From Leucoraja erinacea (lineage: Eukaryota), in contig NC_073407.1 in assembly GCF_028641065.1 (NCBI RefSeq), positions 11,346,001-11,410,000 on the forward strand: 64,000 bases of DNA, in the 5' to 3' direction. Each line of letters begins with the position of its first letter. The stretch's first letter is position 1. The notes under the pieces are model-generated. The model searched no databases and was not told the DNA's origin. It saw only the letters and a program-made list of their open reading frames with translations. Shown piece by piece: positions 1-12,991 of this stretch. The position numbers and the translations under genes are program-made.

Positions 1-42
1 CCCCCCCACCTTTTGAAAGGATGTTTCAACTTTAAGTTAGCG

Positions 43-445
43 GGCAGCACAGTGGCACAGCGGCAGGGCTGCCTCCTCACAGCGCCAGAGACCCAGGGTC
101 AATCCTGACCTCGGGGTGCAGTCTGCATGGAGTTTGTCCATTCCCCCTACGAGTCTGAAGAAGGGTCTCGACCCGAAACGTCACCCATTTCTTCTCTCCA
201 GTCTGTCCTGCTAAGTAGCTCCAGATTTTTGTGTCTCCCTTTGATCACATTGGTTTCCTCCGGGTGCTCCCGTTTCCCCCCCACCCTCCAAAGAAGTACA
301 GATTTGTAAGTTAATTGTCTTCTGTAAATTGCCCCTCAGGATGTAGGATGCACAAAGTGGGATAACATAGAACTAGTGATCGATGGTCGGCGTGGATTCG
401 GTGGGACGAAGGGCATGTATCCACCCTGTATCTCTAGACTCTAAA
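43..445 (+). mobile_element. HE1-type V-SINE interrupted by a PLE fragment (about 152-235)
   Basis: tRNA-like head with A/B boxes, V-domain (CCGGGTGCTCC..TTTCC..CCCAC..TCCAAAGA), CR1-like tail. Confidence 0.75.
155..182 (+). ncRNA. Minimal type I hammerhead ribozyme motif in PLE-derived repeat
   Basis: CTGAAGA-A-GGGT(CTCG)ACCC-GAAA-CG-TC: intact core, stem II, palindromic ACGU stem III and GUC cleavage triplet. Stem I is only about 2 bp, so activity is unproven. Confidence 0.65.
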
Positions 446-648
446 TAAATGCCAGTCGCAGGCAGATGGGACGTGTCGATGGGACATGTTGGCTGGTGTG
501 GGCAAGTTGGGCCGAAGGGTCTGTTTCCGCGTTGTAAGATTCTATGCCTCTCTAAATGTTGGCCATGCACCGAGATCCCATGTTTCAATGAAAGAAACAT
601 CTGGATCTAGTCCAGTCTAACACAGAACTGTAGCCAGCACGCAGTGGG

Positions 649-688
649 GAGAGAGAGAGGGAAAGAGAGAGAGAGAGAGAGAGAGAGA
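649..688. repeat. (GA)n microsatellite
   Basis: Read directly. Confidence 0.9.
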
Positions 689-829
689 CGGGTGATTAGC
701 TGTGGATCTTCTATGTTGCATGCTGCTCAATGGGAGTTCCAGTAACTGAAGTCAGTTCACAAGAAAGTAAGATGAAAATAACGATTTATCTTCTGGAAAT
801 GCAAATGGGATCTTCAAAAGCTAAAGCAG

Positions 830-1168
830 TGACCAAGGAACACAGGTTTACGGTGAAGGGGAAAAGATTTAATAGGAATCTGAGGGGTAACTTTTTCACA
901 AAAATGGTGGTGGGTGTGTGGAGCGAGCTGTCAGAGGAGGTAGTTGAGGCTGGGGCTATCCTAACGTTTAAGAAAAAGTTAGACAGGTACATGGATAGGA
1001 CAGGTTTGGAGGGATATGGGCCAAATGCGGGCATTTGGCCCATATCCCTCCAAACCTGTCCTATCCATGTACTAGTGGGACGAGTGTAGCATGACCCTGG
1101 GACTAGTGTAGCAGGGACATGTTGGCTGGTGTGGGCCGAAGGGCCTGTTTCCAGGCTGTATGACTCTG
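830..1168 (+). mobile_element. CR1-clade (HER1-like) LINE 3' end
   Basis: HRFTVKGKRFNRNLRGNFFTKMVVGVWSEL..., tail GGGCCGAAGGGCCTGTTTCC. Confidence 0.8.
987..1072. repeat. Perfect inverted repeat, 41 bp arms with a 4 nt spacer
   Basis: 987-1027 is the exact reverse complement of 1032-1072. Confidence 0.9.
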
Positions 1169-1554
1169 GGTGCAGGCTCCTGTGCAACGTCTAACCTTGG
1201 ATTGCAAGGACGGCATGTGAGTGCGGCACTCTAATCTCAGAGCTCGGCCCAGCAACTCCTGACCTTGGGAATCTTCCACTTGAACAATAACCACAACCTC
1301 GCCTCTCACCTTGCACCAGATTAGTGGGGAGCCTGTTGGCATGGAAACAAACCTGCTTTTATTGCCAGCACTTCCAAGATTAGACGAGGAACACTTTAAT
1401 CCTGGGTTTGATCCCTATTGTGTTTTTCCGCTTGCCCTCCACATCATGTGATCATCAACCACCGCCCAAGTGAATCTTATTGAACACAGAACTGTACAGC
1501 ACAGGAAGAGGCCCTTCGGCCCACAATGTCTGTGCCGAACACGATGCCTCGAAT

Positions 1555-1950
1555 TTAGATGATTGAGGGGGGATCTTATAGAAACTTACAAAATTCTTAA
1601 GGGGTTGGACAGGCTAGATGCAGGAAGATTGTTCCCGATGTTGGGGAAGTCCAGAACAAGGGGTCACATTAAGGATAAGGGGGAAATCTTCTAGGACCGA
1701 GATGAGGAAAACATTTTTCACACAGAGAGTGGGGAATCTGTGGAATTCTCTGCCACAGAAGGTAGCTGAGGCCAGTTCATTGGCTATATTTAAGAGGGAG
1801 TTAGATGTGGCCCTTGTGGCTAAAGGGATCAGGGGGTATGGAGAGAAGGCAGGTACAGGATACTGAGTTGGATGATCAGCCATGATCATATTGAATGGCG
1901 GTGAAGGGCCGAATGGCCTACTACTGCACCTATTTTCCGTGTTTCTATGA
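1555..1950 (+). mobile_element. CR1 LINE 3' end (young subfamily)
   Basis: RTEMRKTFFTQRVGNLWNSLPQKVAEASSLAIFKRELD; nearly identical to 8720-9047. Confidence 0.85.
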
Positions 1951-2264
1951 TAAACTGATCTCCTCTGCCTGCACATGACCCATACCCCTCTCTCTGTAAA
2001 GAAACTTGCCCCATAAATCTTCTTTAAACTTTTCCCCTATCTATATTTCTCTCCAAATGTCCTTTGAAAGCCGTAATTGTTTCTGTAGCTTCCACTGACA
2101 GCTCATTCCAGATCCGAACTACCCTCTGAGTGAAAGAGTTTCCCCCGAGCTCCCTGTTCAACCTCTCCTCTCTCACCTCAAGCCTATGCCCTCTATCCTG
2201 GGGATAAAGACTGTGAGCGTTCACTTCATCTGTGCTTCCTCGTGATCTTGTACACCTCAATACA

Positions 2265-2555
2265 CGGCACAATGGTGCAGCGGTAGAGTTGCTGCCTTAT
2301 AGCGCCAGAGACCCGGGTTCGATCCTGACCTCGGGTGCAGACTGTACCGAGTTTGTACATTCCACCTGTGAACGTGTGTGTTTTCCCCGGGCCTCTACTC
2401 ACACTCCAAAGAGGTGCGGGTTTGTAGGTTAATTGTCTTCAGTAAAGACTGTAAATTGTCCCTAGCGTGTGTGATAGTGCTGGTGTACGGGGTGATCGCT
2501 GGTCGGCACGGACTCGGTGGGCCGAAGGGCCTGTTTCCGCGCGGTATCTCTAAAC
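2265..2555 (+). mobile_element. HE1-type V-SINE, full length
   Basis: A box GGTGCAGCGGTAG, B box GGTTCGATCC, V-domain, tail GGGCCGAAGGGCCTGTTTCC. Confidence 0.85.
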
Positions 2556-3270
2556 AAAACTCTTACAGCCTGGGTGGAAAGACGCATTTATTAATAATGT
2601 ATTGTGTCCCTATTGCCAGACAACATGACAGACAGAGAATGGCATAGATAGGGAATGTATCCGTGCACATACACCAGTGCGGTTCCACCTGGGACTGAGC
2701 TATGCATTGAGGGCTTCTGCTCTTACTGTTGTCATAGCAATGCTCGAAGTAGGCAGCTCGTGAATAAATTAAGTCTTTTGTAGAATTAAGAGCATATTTA
2801 TCAGCCCTGACAAATCGTTGCCAGACAGTGGACTTCAATGGGGCATTCTGAAGGATATGTTCGATGATTAGCAAACAGACAAAGATTTAATATTGGTCTT
2901 TAAGGAAACAATCTCGGCCTCAGCTCTGCATTTACAGCAGCTCCAGAACTCAAGCAGCGGAACACAACCGCTGATGCGGAAGTGACCTTGACCTCAGGGT
3001 TCAGTTTGAGTTTGCAGTTCTTTTTCTCTTTTTTTATAGAGGAAACTTAGCTTGGTTTAGTTTAGTTCAGTTTGTTGCCACGTTTACCGAGGTACAGTGA
3101 AAAGCTTTTTTGTTGCATGCTACCCAATCAGCAGAAACACTAAACATGATTACAATGTAGAGTTTAGATCAGACTCTAGACTTACAGCGCAGAAACAGGA
3201 ACTTTGGCTCGCCGAGTCCGCACCCACCAGCGATCCCTGTACACAGTCACTAATCTATACACTAGGGACA

Positions 3271-3518
3271 ATACAGCGCAGAAATAGGCTCTTCGGCCCA
3301 CCGAGTCCTCGCTGACCAGCGATCACCCTGTATACTGGCTCTATCCTACAGGCTAAGGGCAATGTACCTCTACCACTTTGGAGGGTGGGAGGAAATGGGA
3401 GCACCCGGGGAAAACCTACAAGGTCAAGGGTAGAACGTATAAACTTCATACGGACAGCACCCGTAGTCAGGATCAAACCCTCTGCCGCTGCAACTTTACC
3501 ACTGCACCATTGTGCCGC
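3271..3518 (-). mobile_element. HE1-type V-SINE (diverged)
   Basis: Reverse complement of the same consensus. Confidence 0.72.
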
Positions 3519-4181
3519 TCTCATTGACGTTATTTTTAAGTGTGTATTAGGGGGCAGTTATGGCTGTCAGTGGAGTGTCATGCCCCTCGTGTCAAATGTG
3601 GGAAACCACGGAACGGTCATATGTTCCTGACGACCGTGTCTGCTGGAAGTGTGTGAGAGGGGCAAGATTTAATAGGACTCTGAGGAGTAACGTTTTCACT
3701 CAGGGAGTGGTGGGTATGTGGAACACGCTGCCAGAGGAGGTAGTTGAGGCAGATATTATAACAACATTGAAAGACACTTGTGTAGGAAGGAACTGGAGAT
3801 GCTGGTTTACACCAAAGATTGACAGAAAATGCTGGAGCATCTCTGGAAAAAAGGAATAAGCGATGTTTTGAGTCACTTTCTTCAGACTCTTGGAGAGTTG
3901 CATGATTAGGAAAGGGGATATGGAATATTTCCGTGCTCTACGACTCTGTGACAAAGCATCTTGTCAGAATTCTTGAGATATTGATTCAAGTGGTTTGGCA
4001 CAAATTTGTTGGGGGAAGAAAACTGAAACTTCAATCTTTTTATTTGTAGGATATCCATTCGCCCCTCACCTCCACCCCTTAGAGCCTGTCGCTTCTTCCC
4101 TGGTCAGGTGTTTGAGCAACCCCAGCCTCATTCACCAGGCTGAACTCATCCTCATTTTGACCTCTTCTCCGTCAACTCCTA

Positions 4182-4361
4182 AGGGCCTGAACCACTTGGG
4201 CGTCATTTGCGCGTCATTTACGTGTCACGACGCAAGCATGGAGCGTGGTGACGTAGGCAGTGACGCGTGGTAGCTTGCGGAGCCCCAGGATTTTGGGATG
4301 TACAAAATCTTTGCGCGCCATCTGCGTGATGCGCAAATGACGTCCAAGTGGGACAGGCCCT
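4182..4361. mobile_element. MITE, GGGCCTGTCCCACT TIR family (PIF/Harbinger-like)
   Basis: AGGGCCTGAACCACTTGGGCGTCATTTGCGC ... GCGCAAATGACGTCCAAGTGGGACAGGCCCT inverted ends. Confidence 0.75.
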
Positions 4362-5689
4362 TTACTCGGAGGCAGGCACAATTATAATTTAAAGACATGC
4401 AGATGGTTAGGAAAGGTTTTGAGCAACATGGGCAAAATGTAGGCAAAGGGGACTAGCACAGGTAGACAACCTGGTCGGCATGGAGAGGTTGTGCTGCATG
4501 GACCTAATCTACGACTATGAAAATCAAACCTAATTCATAAAACTCTAAAGGCAAACTTCAGTCTTTGTTCTATGATGCTGACCGAGAGACCTCCTGTTTG
4601 TGGCTTGCCGGTACATTTCCACCTTGCAGTGAGTACGTTTTGCCCAGGGAGCTTGCCTCCGGTTTCATAGAAGTTCCAGCCTGCAATCTGCGTGGTGCTT
4701 CACCTGCTTACTAATGCAGAACAGACGATTCGGAACCAAGGAGGATTGGCTGCTAATGATAACCAGAGCTTCGAATAAAGGATGAAACACTCGAGGCTGC
4801 AAATTCAACTACTGTATGTTAAACAGCTGACGTTGAGTTTCTCGAGAGCAAAACCCAATTTCTGTGTTGGGATGCAGGCAATGAATGCTATGTCTGCTTG
4901 CACTGGGTGCTGTGAGGAAATCTGCACAATAACACTACAGCGGGTTGCACGGAAGCACAGCAATAGAGTTGCTGCCTTACAGCGCCAGAGACCCGGGTTC
5001 GATCATGACTACAGGTTCTGTCTGTGTGGAGTTTGCATGTTCTACCTGTAACTCTGTGGCTTTTCTCTTCTCCGTCTTGCAGGTTTGTAGGTTAATTGGC
5101 TTTGTGTAAATTGTCACTAGTGTGTAGGATAGAACTAGTGTATAGGATAGAACAAACTATCTGTGTTGGTCCTGTTTGTCGACATTTGGCATAATTTTCC
5201 TTAATGACGCTGTGAGTCTGTTCAAACCAACAACTCCGTATCAATTTAAGATAAGCAACACCCTAGAGCAAGATGGTGAAACGCATTAGTGAATGCCTTG
5301 TGGTTATTCTAAACTTTGTACACACCAAGGCTTGGCACAAGGTCACGGGATCTGCTTCCGTGAGCCCTTCTGCTGGTGGGCCTGCAGAATATAGCATTTG
5401 ATTTATTGAATTGGTGGCCTTTAAACAGCAGCAGTTGTCAGCTAGATGTTGCAGGTACCAATAGTAGCCCAGTGCTTTAGTTCTAATCGTAACTTTCAGC
5501 AATCTCACAAGCACAAAGCCATTCATAAAAACCTCAAGGACTCTTCAGCTGAGGGTTGTTGACTTTGAAGTTTACAGTGTGTGAGTCTCACATGGTCCCT
5601 GCCATTTTATCTCCAGACATTTCACTTTGGGTTATGATATGGATTTTAGCTGCACAAATAGTCCATGGATGCCCATGTTAAAATTCATC

Positions 5690-6260
5690 AGATAGACGGA
5701 AAATGCTGGAGTAAAAGCCCTGTCCCACTGTACGAGTTCATTCAAGACTTCTCCCCGAGTTTGCCCTGATTTGAACTCGGAGATTTACGGTAATGGCCGC
5801 TAGTAAGCACTCGTGGCTCTTGTGGACATTTTTCAACACGTCGAAAAATCTTCATGAGTCTTTCCGAGCTTACCTGCCGTTAGCGAGTCTTCCCGAGTAC
5901 TTGCCGTTAGCGGTACATGCCGCTAAGAGACGTCCCCGAGCTCCGGCGTACCCGCTACGTTCATTCTACGTGCTTACCACGCGTTTGATTTTTTTTTTAA
6001 CTCGGGAGAGCTCTTGAATGAACTCGTACAGTGGGACAGGGCCATAACTCAGCAGGTCAGGCAGCATCTCTGTAGAGAAAGGAATGGGTGACGTTACAGG
6101 TCGAGACCCTTCTTCAGACTGACAGTGGATCTGAAGAAGGGTCTTGACCCGAAACATTACCCATTCGTTCTCTCCAGAGATGCTGCCTGTCCCGCTGAGT
6201 TACTCCAGCATTTTTTTGTCTATCTTTAATTTAAACCAGCATCTGCAGTTCTTTCCTACT
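5690..6260. mobile_element. PLE-derived fold-back element interrupted by a MITE
   Basis: Inverted PLE termini meet near 6125; the consensus ATGCTGGAGTAACTCAGC is split by the insertion at 5715-6044. Confidence 0.78.
5715..6044. mobile_element. MITE, same TIR family, TAA TSD
   Basis: GCCCTGTCCCACTGTACGAGTTCATTCAAGA at both ends in inverted orientation; TAA duplicated at 5712-5714 and 6045-6047. Confidence 0.85.
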
Positions 6261-7257
6261 TAAAATTCACCAGAACTACTTAAAAAGCCCTTCACAAGTT
6301 ATTAACTTTTAACAACATAGACACAAAGAACTGCAGTTGCTGTTTTATACCAAAGATGGAGTAACTCAGCGCGCCAGACAGTGTCTCTGGAGAAAAATGA
6401 TGGGTAATGTTTCTGGTCAGGCTCTTCATATTCTTCAGAAAACTAACAATTACTGGTGCTAATAAAAAAGGAACTACAGATGCTGTTTTATACCAAAGAG
6501 AGACATAAAATGCTGGAGTAACTCAGCAGGTCAGACAGCATCTCTGGAGAAAAAGGAATAGGTGGGTGATATTTCGGATCGGGACCCTTCTTTCAGTCCG
6601 AAACGTCACCGATCCTTTTTCTCCAGAGATGCTGCATGACCCGCTGAGTTACTCAAGCACTTTGTGTCTATCTTTATTAACTTTTAAATTGTGTTGGAAC
6701 TTCTGGGAGTCCTTAGATTTTGTAATGTGGAGGCGTTGTGGTATTGTGGTCTTAAGTGCCACTGTGGAAACAGATAGCAAGGCGTATTTACAACGTGGCT
6801 ATGGATACAACCAAAGAATTATTATTCCAACCCAGAACTAATGGCACTCTGGAGGATGGTGCAATACCATTAGCGCTGCTCTTAATACCATGTTTCCTCA
6901 CTATGGCATGAGTTATTGCCGAAAGCAGTTGAACCAAGAAACTAATTTAATCTTGGAAGTAGCTGTTTATGAGTGAAAAGAAGTACATTGGTCTTTGGAG
7001 AAATTCAATGCCAAACTTCCAAATGGAGCAGTAAATCAGCCCTCGGAGCCTATTAGCCACAGGAGCTCCTGAGCGATTTTCTAAAGAACTGCTCAGAGAT
7101 TTTCCCATCCATTGTCTCAGATACAGTGAAGGTATCAGTCATTGAATCTACAGTGGGAATCTTTGGGGAAAGTTGTGTGCAGTTTCTAAACACTTTGAAT
7201 AAGCTTTGCATTCTCTTTATTGATGTCCTGAGTCAAGAGTATTTAACTATCGCCAAA

Positions 7258-7356
7258 GGCAGCAAAGTGCTGGAGTAACTCAGCTGGTCAGGCAGCAAAG
7301 TGCTGGAGTAACTCAGCTGGTCAGGCAGCAAAGTGCCGGACTAACTCAGCTGGTCA
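7258..7356. repeat. 33 bp tandem repeat x3 derived from the PLE terminus
   Basis: GGCAGCAAAGTGCTGGAGTAACTCAGCTGGTCA x3. Confidence 0.9.
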
Positions 7357-7421
7357 GGCAGCATCTCTGGAAAAACGGGCTCGATGACGTTTCGAATCGG
7401 GACCTTCTTTCAGATTGTTAT

Positions 7422-7453
<32 letters not shown>

Positions 7454-7547
7454 GGGGGGGGATGGGGGAAGAAAGCTGGGAGACACAAGAGAGGCAGGAC
7501 AAAGCACGGTGGGTGATGTGTGGACACAGGTGAGGGGATTATGATAG

Positions 7548-7684
7548 GTAGACAAAATTGCTGGAGAAACTCAGCAGGTGAGGCAGCATCTTTCGAGTGA
7601 AGATGGATGCTGCCTCACCCGCTGAGTTTCTCCAGCAATTTTGTCTACCTTCGATTTTCCAGCATCTGCAGCTCCTTCTGAAAC
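7548..7684. mobile_element. PLE-derived fold-back insertion with 15 bp TSD
   Basis: Inverted copies of the PLE terminus, flanked by AGGGGATTATGATAG at 7533-7547 and 7685-7699. Confidence 0.85.
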
Positions 7685-8689
7685 AGGGGATTATGATAGA
7701 TAGATAGATATAGATATGCCATTTATTGTCACTATACATGTACAATGAAATTAAAAGCTGCTCGTACTCAGTGCATACATATAATTTAGTACAAAAAAAC
7801 AAGAAACCGAAAACAAAAACAAAAGGGAGAAGGGGGGGGGGGGGGGGGGTAGGTGCACAATTCTGCAGCGCTATATACATATCTATAAAGGCAAAATGGT
7901 GAAGGAGATGTTTAAAGATTATATTAAATATTAAAAATGTTTTTTTTTTTAATGTTAAAAATTACAGTTACAATACACATTACAGTTCCAAATTTCATTA
8001 CGTGGATATAATAGATGGAAGTCCGGGTGTTGGGCTGTATGATAGGTGGATTGTTGGAACGAAGGCCAGAAATTAAAACTGTAGGTGTGAGACAAAAGGA
8101 TTGGAGAGTTACAAATTGTGAAGCCAGAGGAAGGAATGAGGGTGGAGGGGGTGAAGAAGAAAATAAACAAGTGCGAGTCCAGCTGAGGTACAGGGGTTGA
8201 GGGGGAGAAAGAAAGGGTGCAGGGGAGATGGGATTCTGTATTTAATTGTCATCTGCATTATGAACAGAACACTGACATTCTGAACATGTAGTAACAACTC
8301 GAGAGATGCAAAGCAAACATTTTCAGGGAATGTTTGGTGAACTAGTAAACGATTTCCCTGTGATGCGTGAAGCATGAATATTTATAACCTTTGAAAACCA
8401 CATCTGGTAGTTCCAAAGTCTTATGAATAGATCTAAATTCTGGTTGTGTGTTATTCATTGATGCTGTTGGTAGAATTTGCAAACCCTGTGTTAGCGACAG
8501 ATGACAAGACATTGATGACACCACAAAGTGCTCTCGGGACAAGAGTCTAGTGTGTATAATTGTCATATGTACCGGCAATGGAATAATGAAATTGTTACTT
8601 GTAGCACTTGATAGACCTATTAATGCCAGAACACAACAAATAAATATACAATAATGAATAATACAATAAATTAATAGCTGGAATGCTAG

Positions 8690-9047
8690 AGGACAAGGGG
8701 TCACAGTTTAATCCAGAACAAGGGGTCACAGTTTAATCCAGAACAAGGGGTCACATTTTAAGGAAAGGGGGAATCTTTTAGGACCGAGATGAGAAAAACA
8801 TTTTTCACACAGAGAGTGGTGAATCTGTGGAATTCTCTGCCACAGAAGGTAGTTGAGGCCAGTTCATTGGCTATATTTATTTAAGAGGGAGTTAGATGTG
8901 GCCCTTGTGGCTAAAGGGATCAGGGGGTATGGAGAGAAGGCAGGTACAGGATACTGAGTTGGATGATCAGCCATGATCATATTGAATGGCGGTGCAGGCT
9001 CGAAGGGCCGAATGGCCTACTCCTGCACCTATTTTCTATGTTTCTAT
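8690..9047 (+). mobile_element. CR1 LINE 3' end (young subfamily) with 25 bp tandem triplication at its 5' junction
   Basis: Near-identity to 1555-1950; CCAGAACAAGGGGTCACAGTTTAAT repeated about 3 times. Confidence 0.82.
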
Positions 9048-9529
9048 GGGACCATAATAGTGCAAAACTGAGATCAATAGTGTAACCAAAGACACAGTCT
9101 AACAAAGGTTGCTGAAGTTGGTGTTGTGTAGTTTTCGAGAGCCTGATCGTTGCTTGGATGAAGCTGTTCTTGACCTGGTTGAGCAAATGTTTGCGATTGT
9201 CTCGTTAGCATTTGGTTTAGGTTTATCATTGTCATGTGTACCAAGGTACACTGAAAAGCTTTGTCCTGCACAGTCATCCAGACAGATCAGATAACACTAT
9301 GCATACTGTAAATACAATCAAGTCAAACTCAAGTACAATAGCGAGACCTCACAGGGAAGATACAGTGCAGAGTGTAGTTCTCAGCATTGAAGTGCATCAG
9401 TTCCAATTTTAGAACATATTCAACATTGCACTTTACCAAACTTTATAGAGGAACCTTTAAGTAAGTGCTGAGTCCTTTTCATTGCATCTCTCCTGTGTTC
9501 AGAGGACAGAACAGGTGACATGTTTTTTA

Positions 9530-9905
9530 ATGCTCTGGAGGTTGAAGGGAGACCTGATAGAAGGATATCATAATTGTGAGAGGCATAGATAGGGTAGACA
9601 GTCAGAACCTTTTCCCCAGGGTGGAAATGTCACATAATTGTGTACATAACTTTATCGTGAGAAGGATAAATTTTAAAGGAGATGTGCAGGGCAAGTTGTA
9701 TACACAGGGTGATCAAAGTGCCTGGGGTGATGGTGGAAGCAAATGCAATTGTGACATTTAAGAAACTTTGGAAAGGCACATGGATATGCAGGGAATGGAG
9801 GGACATGAATTATGTGTAGGTAGATAAGAGTTGGCATCATGTTCGGTACAGACATTGTGGGCCGAAGGGCCTGTTCTCCTGTGGTACTGTTCTATGTTCT
9901 ATGTT
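9530..9905 (+). mobile_element. CR1 LINE 3' end
   Basis: RLKGDLIE...RGIDRVDSQNLFPRVEMS; (TTCTATG)n tail. Confidence 0.78.
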
Positions 9906-10336
9906 CTGAAAGTGCGGTATCCAAGGATTAGGGAACTATTCTTAAATTGTACACTAACATCATTTCCTTGAAATTTAGTTTACTAAGTGAGCCAACAGAG
10001 TTCCCGAAACAAGTGTGTGAGCACTCAACAACTGTACAGACATAATGATAAAGCCGTGTGTGTAGCTGGATACAATTGGCATTGAATCAAATGGAGAACA
10101 TTTTGAGCTCTGCACACCATTGAAATGACTTTTTACGATGAACTTAAATTTCTGCAAAGACCCACCTATCTTATCTATCGTTATTAAGGAAGAAGGGTCT
10201 GAAGAAGGGCCCTGACATGAAATGTCATCTATCCGTGCTCTCCAGGGATGCTGCCTGATCCGCTGAGTTACTCCAGCACTTTGTGTCTCTTTTTGTAAAA
10301 CAGCATCTGCAGTTCCTAGTTCAGTCTCGATTTTCA

Positions 10337-10620
10337 AAGATACAGCATGGGAGCAGGCCATTCAGCCCACTAAGCCCACATTGACCATTGACCGCCCCTT
10401 CGCACTAGTTCTGTGGTTTCTCATCCACTCCCGACACAATTACAACGCAATTTACAGGCTAATTAAAGCTGCAAACCCGCACGTCTTTGGGGAGGAAACC
10501 CACGCAGTCCCGAGGAGAACGTGCAAACTCCACGCAGACAGCACCCGAGGTTATGATCGAACCCGGGTCTCTGGTGCTGTGAGGCAGTGGCTGTACCAGC
10601 TGTGCCACTGCGCCGCCCTT
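10337..10620 (-). mobile_element. HE1-type V-SINE
   Basis: Reverse complement of the consensus head, V-domain and tail. Confidence 0.8.
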
Positions 10621-10745
10621 AAAGGGATTAAAAGTAGTTCCTTATGTCTCGGGTCAATATTACGGAGTGAGACCCTTGGTGCTGTGTGGTGGGGCAGAAT
10701 CTCCATGCTCTGACATGTTTTTGCATGTGTTTTTTTTATCTACAG

Positions 10746-10885
10746 CACTGGAAGATGCAGCTGCAAACCAGGGGTGACCGGCCTCAAATGTAGCAGTTGT
10801 CAGGTCCTGCATTATGAGCTCAGTGAAACTGGATGCCGTCCCTGCCAGTGTAACGGCCTGGCCCTGGCCTGCGACCAACAGACAG
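10746..10885 (+). CDS. MEGF9: MEGF9 internal coding exon (equivalent to human exon 3), laminin-type EGF repeats
   Basis: Acceptor ttttttttatctacag and donor AG|gtaag; 140 nt, phase 2 to 1. Translates TGRCSCKPGVTGLKCSSCQVLHYELSETGCRPCQCNGLALACDQQT(G), whose Cys spacing matches MEGF9 as I recall it ([47 protein letters not shown]). Confidence 0.92.
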
Positions 10886-12686
10886 GTAAGATCTTGATTA
10901 GAACGGGCAGCAAGGGTTATGGGGAGAAGGCAAGAGCAAGGCAAGGCAAGATTGGGTGGCAGAGATCAGCCACGATTGAATGGCGGAGTAGATTCGAATG
11001 GCCGAGTTCTACTCCTATAACTCTGTGAACATGTGCCTGAGTCTTCCACGGGTAACACCATGCCAATCGCCATGGGCACAGATTGCCATCAAGTCAACAT
11101 AATCAAGGACCATGGACGTCCGGATCACTCCCTCTTCTCCCCTCTCCCGTCAACAACAAGGTACAAAAGTGCAAAGATAGATACGAAATGATGGAGTAAC
11201 TCAGCGGGACTGGCCATCAGCTCTGAATGGAAGGAATGGGTGACGTCAAGAAGTAGGGTCTCGACCAGAAACATCACCCATTCCTTCTCTCCAGAGATGC
11301 TGCCTGCCACGCTGAGTTACTACAGCATTTTGTGTCTGTCATCGGTGTAAACTAGCATCTGCAGTTCCTTCCTACAGTACATGCCACCAGATTCAGTAAC
11401 AGCTTCTTTCTCGCTGTTATCAGACTATTGAACGGACCTCCGAAAAGCTACGGGTGTAGTCTCGATCTTCCAACCTACCTCTTTGTGGACCTCACACTTT
11501 TTACTGTAACTAACGTGTAACTTACAGTGCTGTGACACGGTATTCTACACTCCCTGTCGCACATGTGTATGGCTTGACTGTACTCATGTATAGTATGATT
11601 CGACGTCACCCATACGTGTTGTCCGGAGATGCTGCCCGACCCGCTGAGTTACCCCAGCACTTTGTGTCTTTTTCTGTGTAAACAGACATTGTCCTACAGT
11701 TCACCGGCTTCAGAGCAGAGAAAGTCTGTGCAATGTTCTCTGTCAGTTCTTGATTACAAACCAGAGCATAAAAATATCGATGTCAATCCCCTTCCAAGTC
11801 ATTGTAATTCCAGTAACATCACTGGTATGTCGTATGTGGAAATCTTGTCAGTTACCAGGGAGAGAAGTTCAACTGACGAGATAATGAGGGACTGGAGTAC
11901 ATTGGCCAAGTACATTGTTTACAGAGCAGAGACTCTCCAATTTAAGTCTCCTTTTCGACAAGAGCCTATATTTGTCTTGCAGGGTTGCGATGGGTGATGC
12001 AAAGTTTGCTCAGAGACATGTTTTTTGCATTGTGGAGCTTTGTCAGAAGAATGTTAATTGAAAAAGTGGAGGGTATGAATCTCAAAGATGTATTTAAATA
12101 TTAGGCCTTCTCCACAAACCAGGCTGCCAAAAGCCAGTCTAACTGCCAGAGTGGATGCTGGTGACTTTACCTGCCTCTGCCAAAGCCACCAGGCTTTGGG
12201 ATCTCGGATCGAGCTGCCTTCGTGGTGTGAAACAAAACACTCTGTGATCATCTGAGAGAACAACAGAGCAGGGAGGAACTGCAGATGCTGGTTTACACCA
12301 AAGATAGACACAAAATGCTGGAGTAATTCAGTGGGTCAGGCAGCATCTCTGGAGAGAAGGAATGGGTGACATTTCGGGTCGAGACTCTAATTTAGCCTTG
12401 GGAAATGGCATTGGCTGAATCATTGACTGGAGAAGAAGTTAACTTGACACCCACCCTAGTGAGTGGTGAACTCAAGCCTCAGTCAGGAACATCAGGGCAA
12501 GATTGGTGGAGGTACAGAAGCTTGAAAGTGCCCACTACCAGACTCAGGAACAGCTTCCTCCCCCCTGTTATCAGGCTTCTGCTGCGCTACAATGCTAAGA
12601 ACTATATTCTGCACTCTGTATCTTCCCATTTGCTCTATCGATTGTGCTTTAGTTTGACTTGATTGTATTTACGTATAATATTAGCT

Positions 12687-12714
12687 CTGAAGAAGGGACT
12701 TGACCCGAAACGTT
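12687..12714 (+). ncRNA. Minimal hammerhead motif (GUU variant)
   Basis: CTGAAGA-A-GGG(ACTTGA)CCC-GAAA-CG-TT. Confidence 0.55.
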
Positions 12715-12991
12715 GCCTATTCTGTCTCTCCAGAGATGCTGCCTGTCCCGCTCCAGCATTTTGTGTCTACCTTCGATGTAAACCAGCATCTGCAGTTCCT
12801 TCCTACACATGTTATCTAGTCTGTTTGGTTAGCATGCAAAACAAAGATTGTTACTATAGCTCAGTACATGCGACAATAATAAATCTAAACTTGAACAGTC
12901 CTTCCATGAGCAAGGGTACTGTCTGATTCATCTCTCCCTTATTGTGGACACTGGATTTTGTAACTGATAAACTACAATACAGAGAACTATT

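Noticed and set aside
1335-1348. Isolated X-box-like GTTGGCATGGAAAC
   Set aside because: Single short motif that overlaps a word common in SINE/LINE tails; insufficient alone.
2265-2335. tRNA-like sequences with A and B boxes (many copies)
   Set aside because: They continue into the V-domain and LINE tail, so they are SINE heads rather than tRNA genes.
7258-7356. CRISPR-like 33 bp direct repeats
   Set aside because: Head-to-tail with no spacers, derived from the PLE repeat, in a vertebrate intron.
1-10745. MEGF9 5' exons (signal peptide, first EGF modules)
   Set aside because: No Cys-spaced exon with splice sites found by eye; they probably lie upstream of the window.
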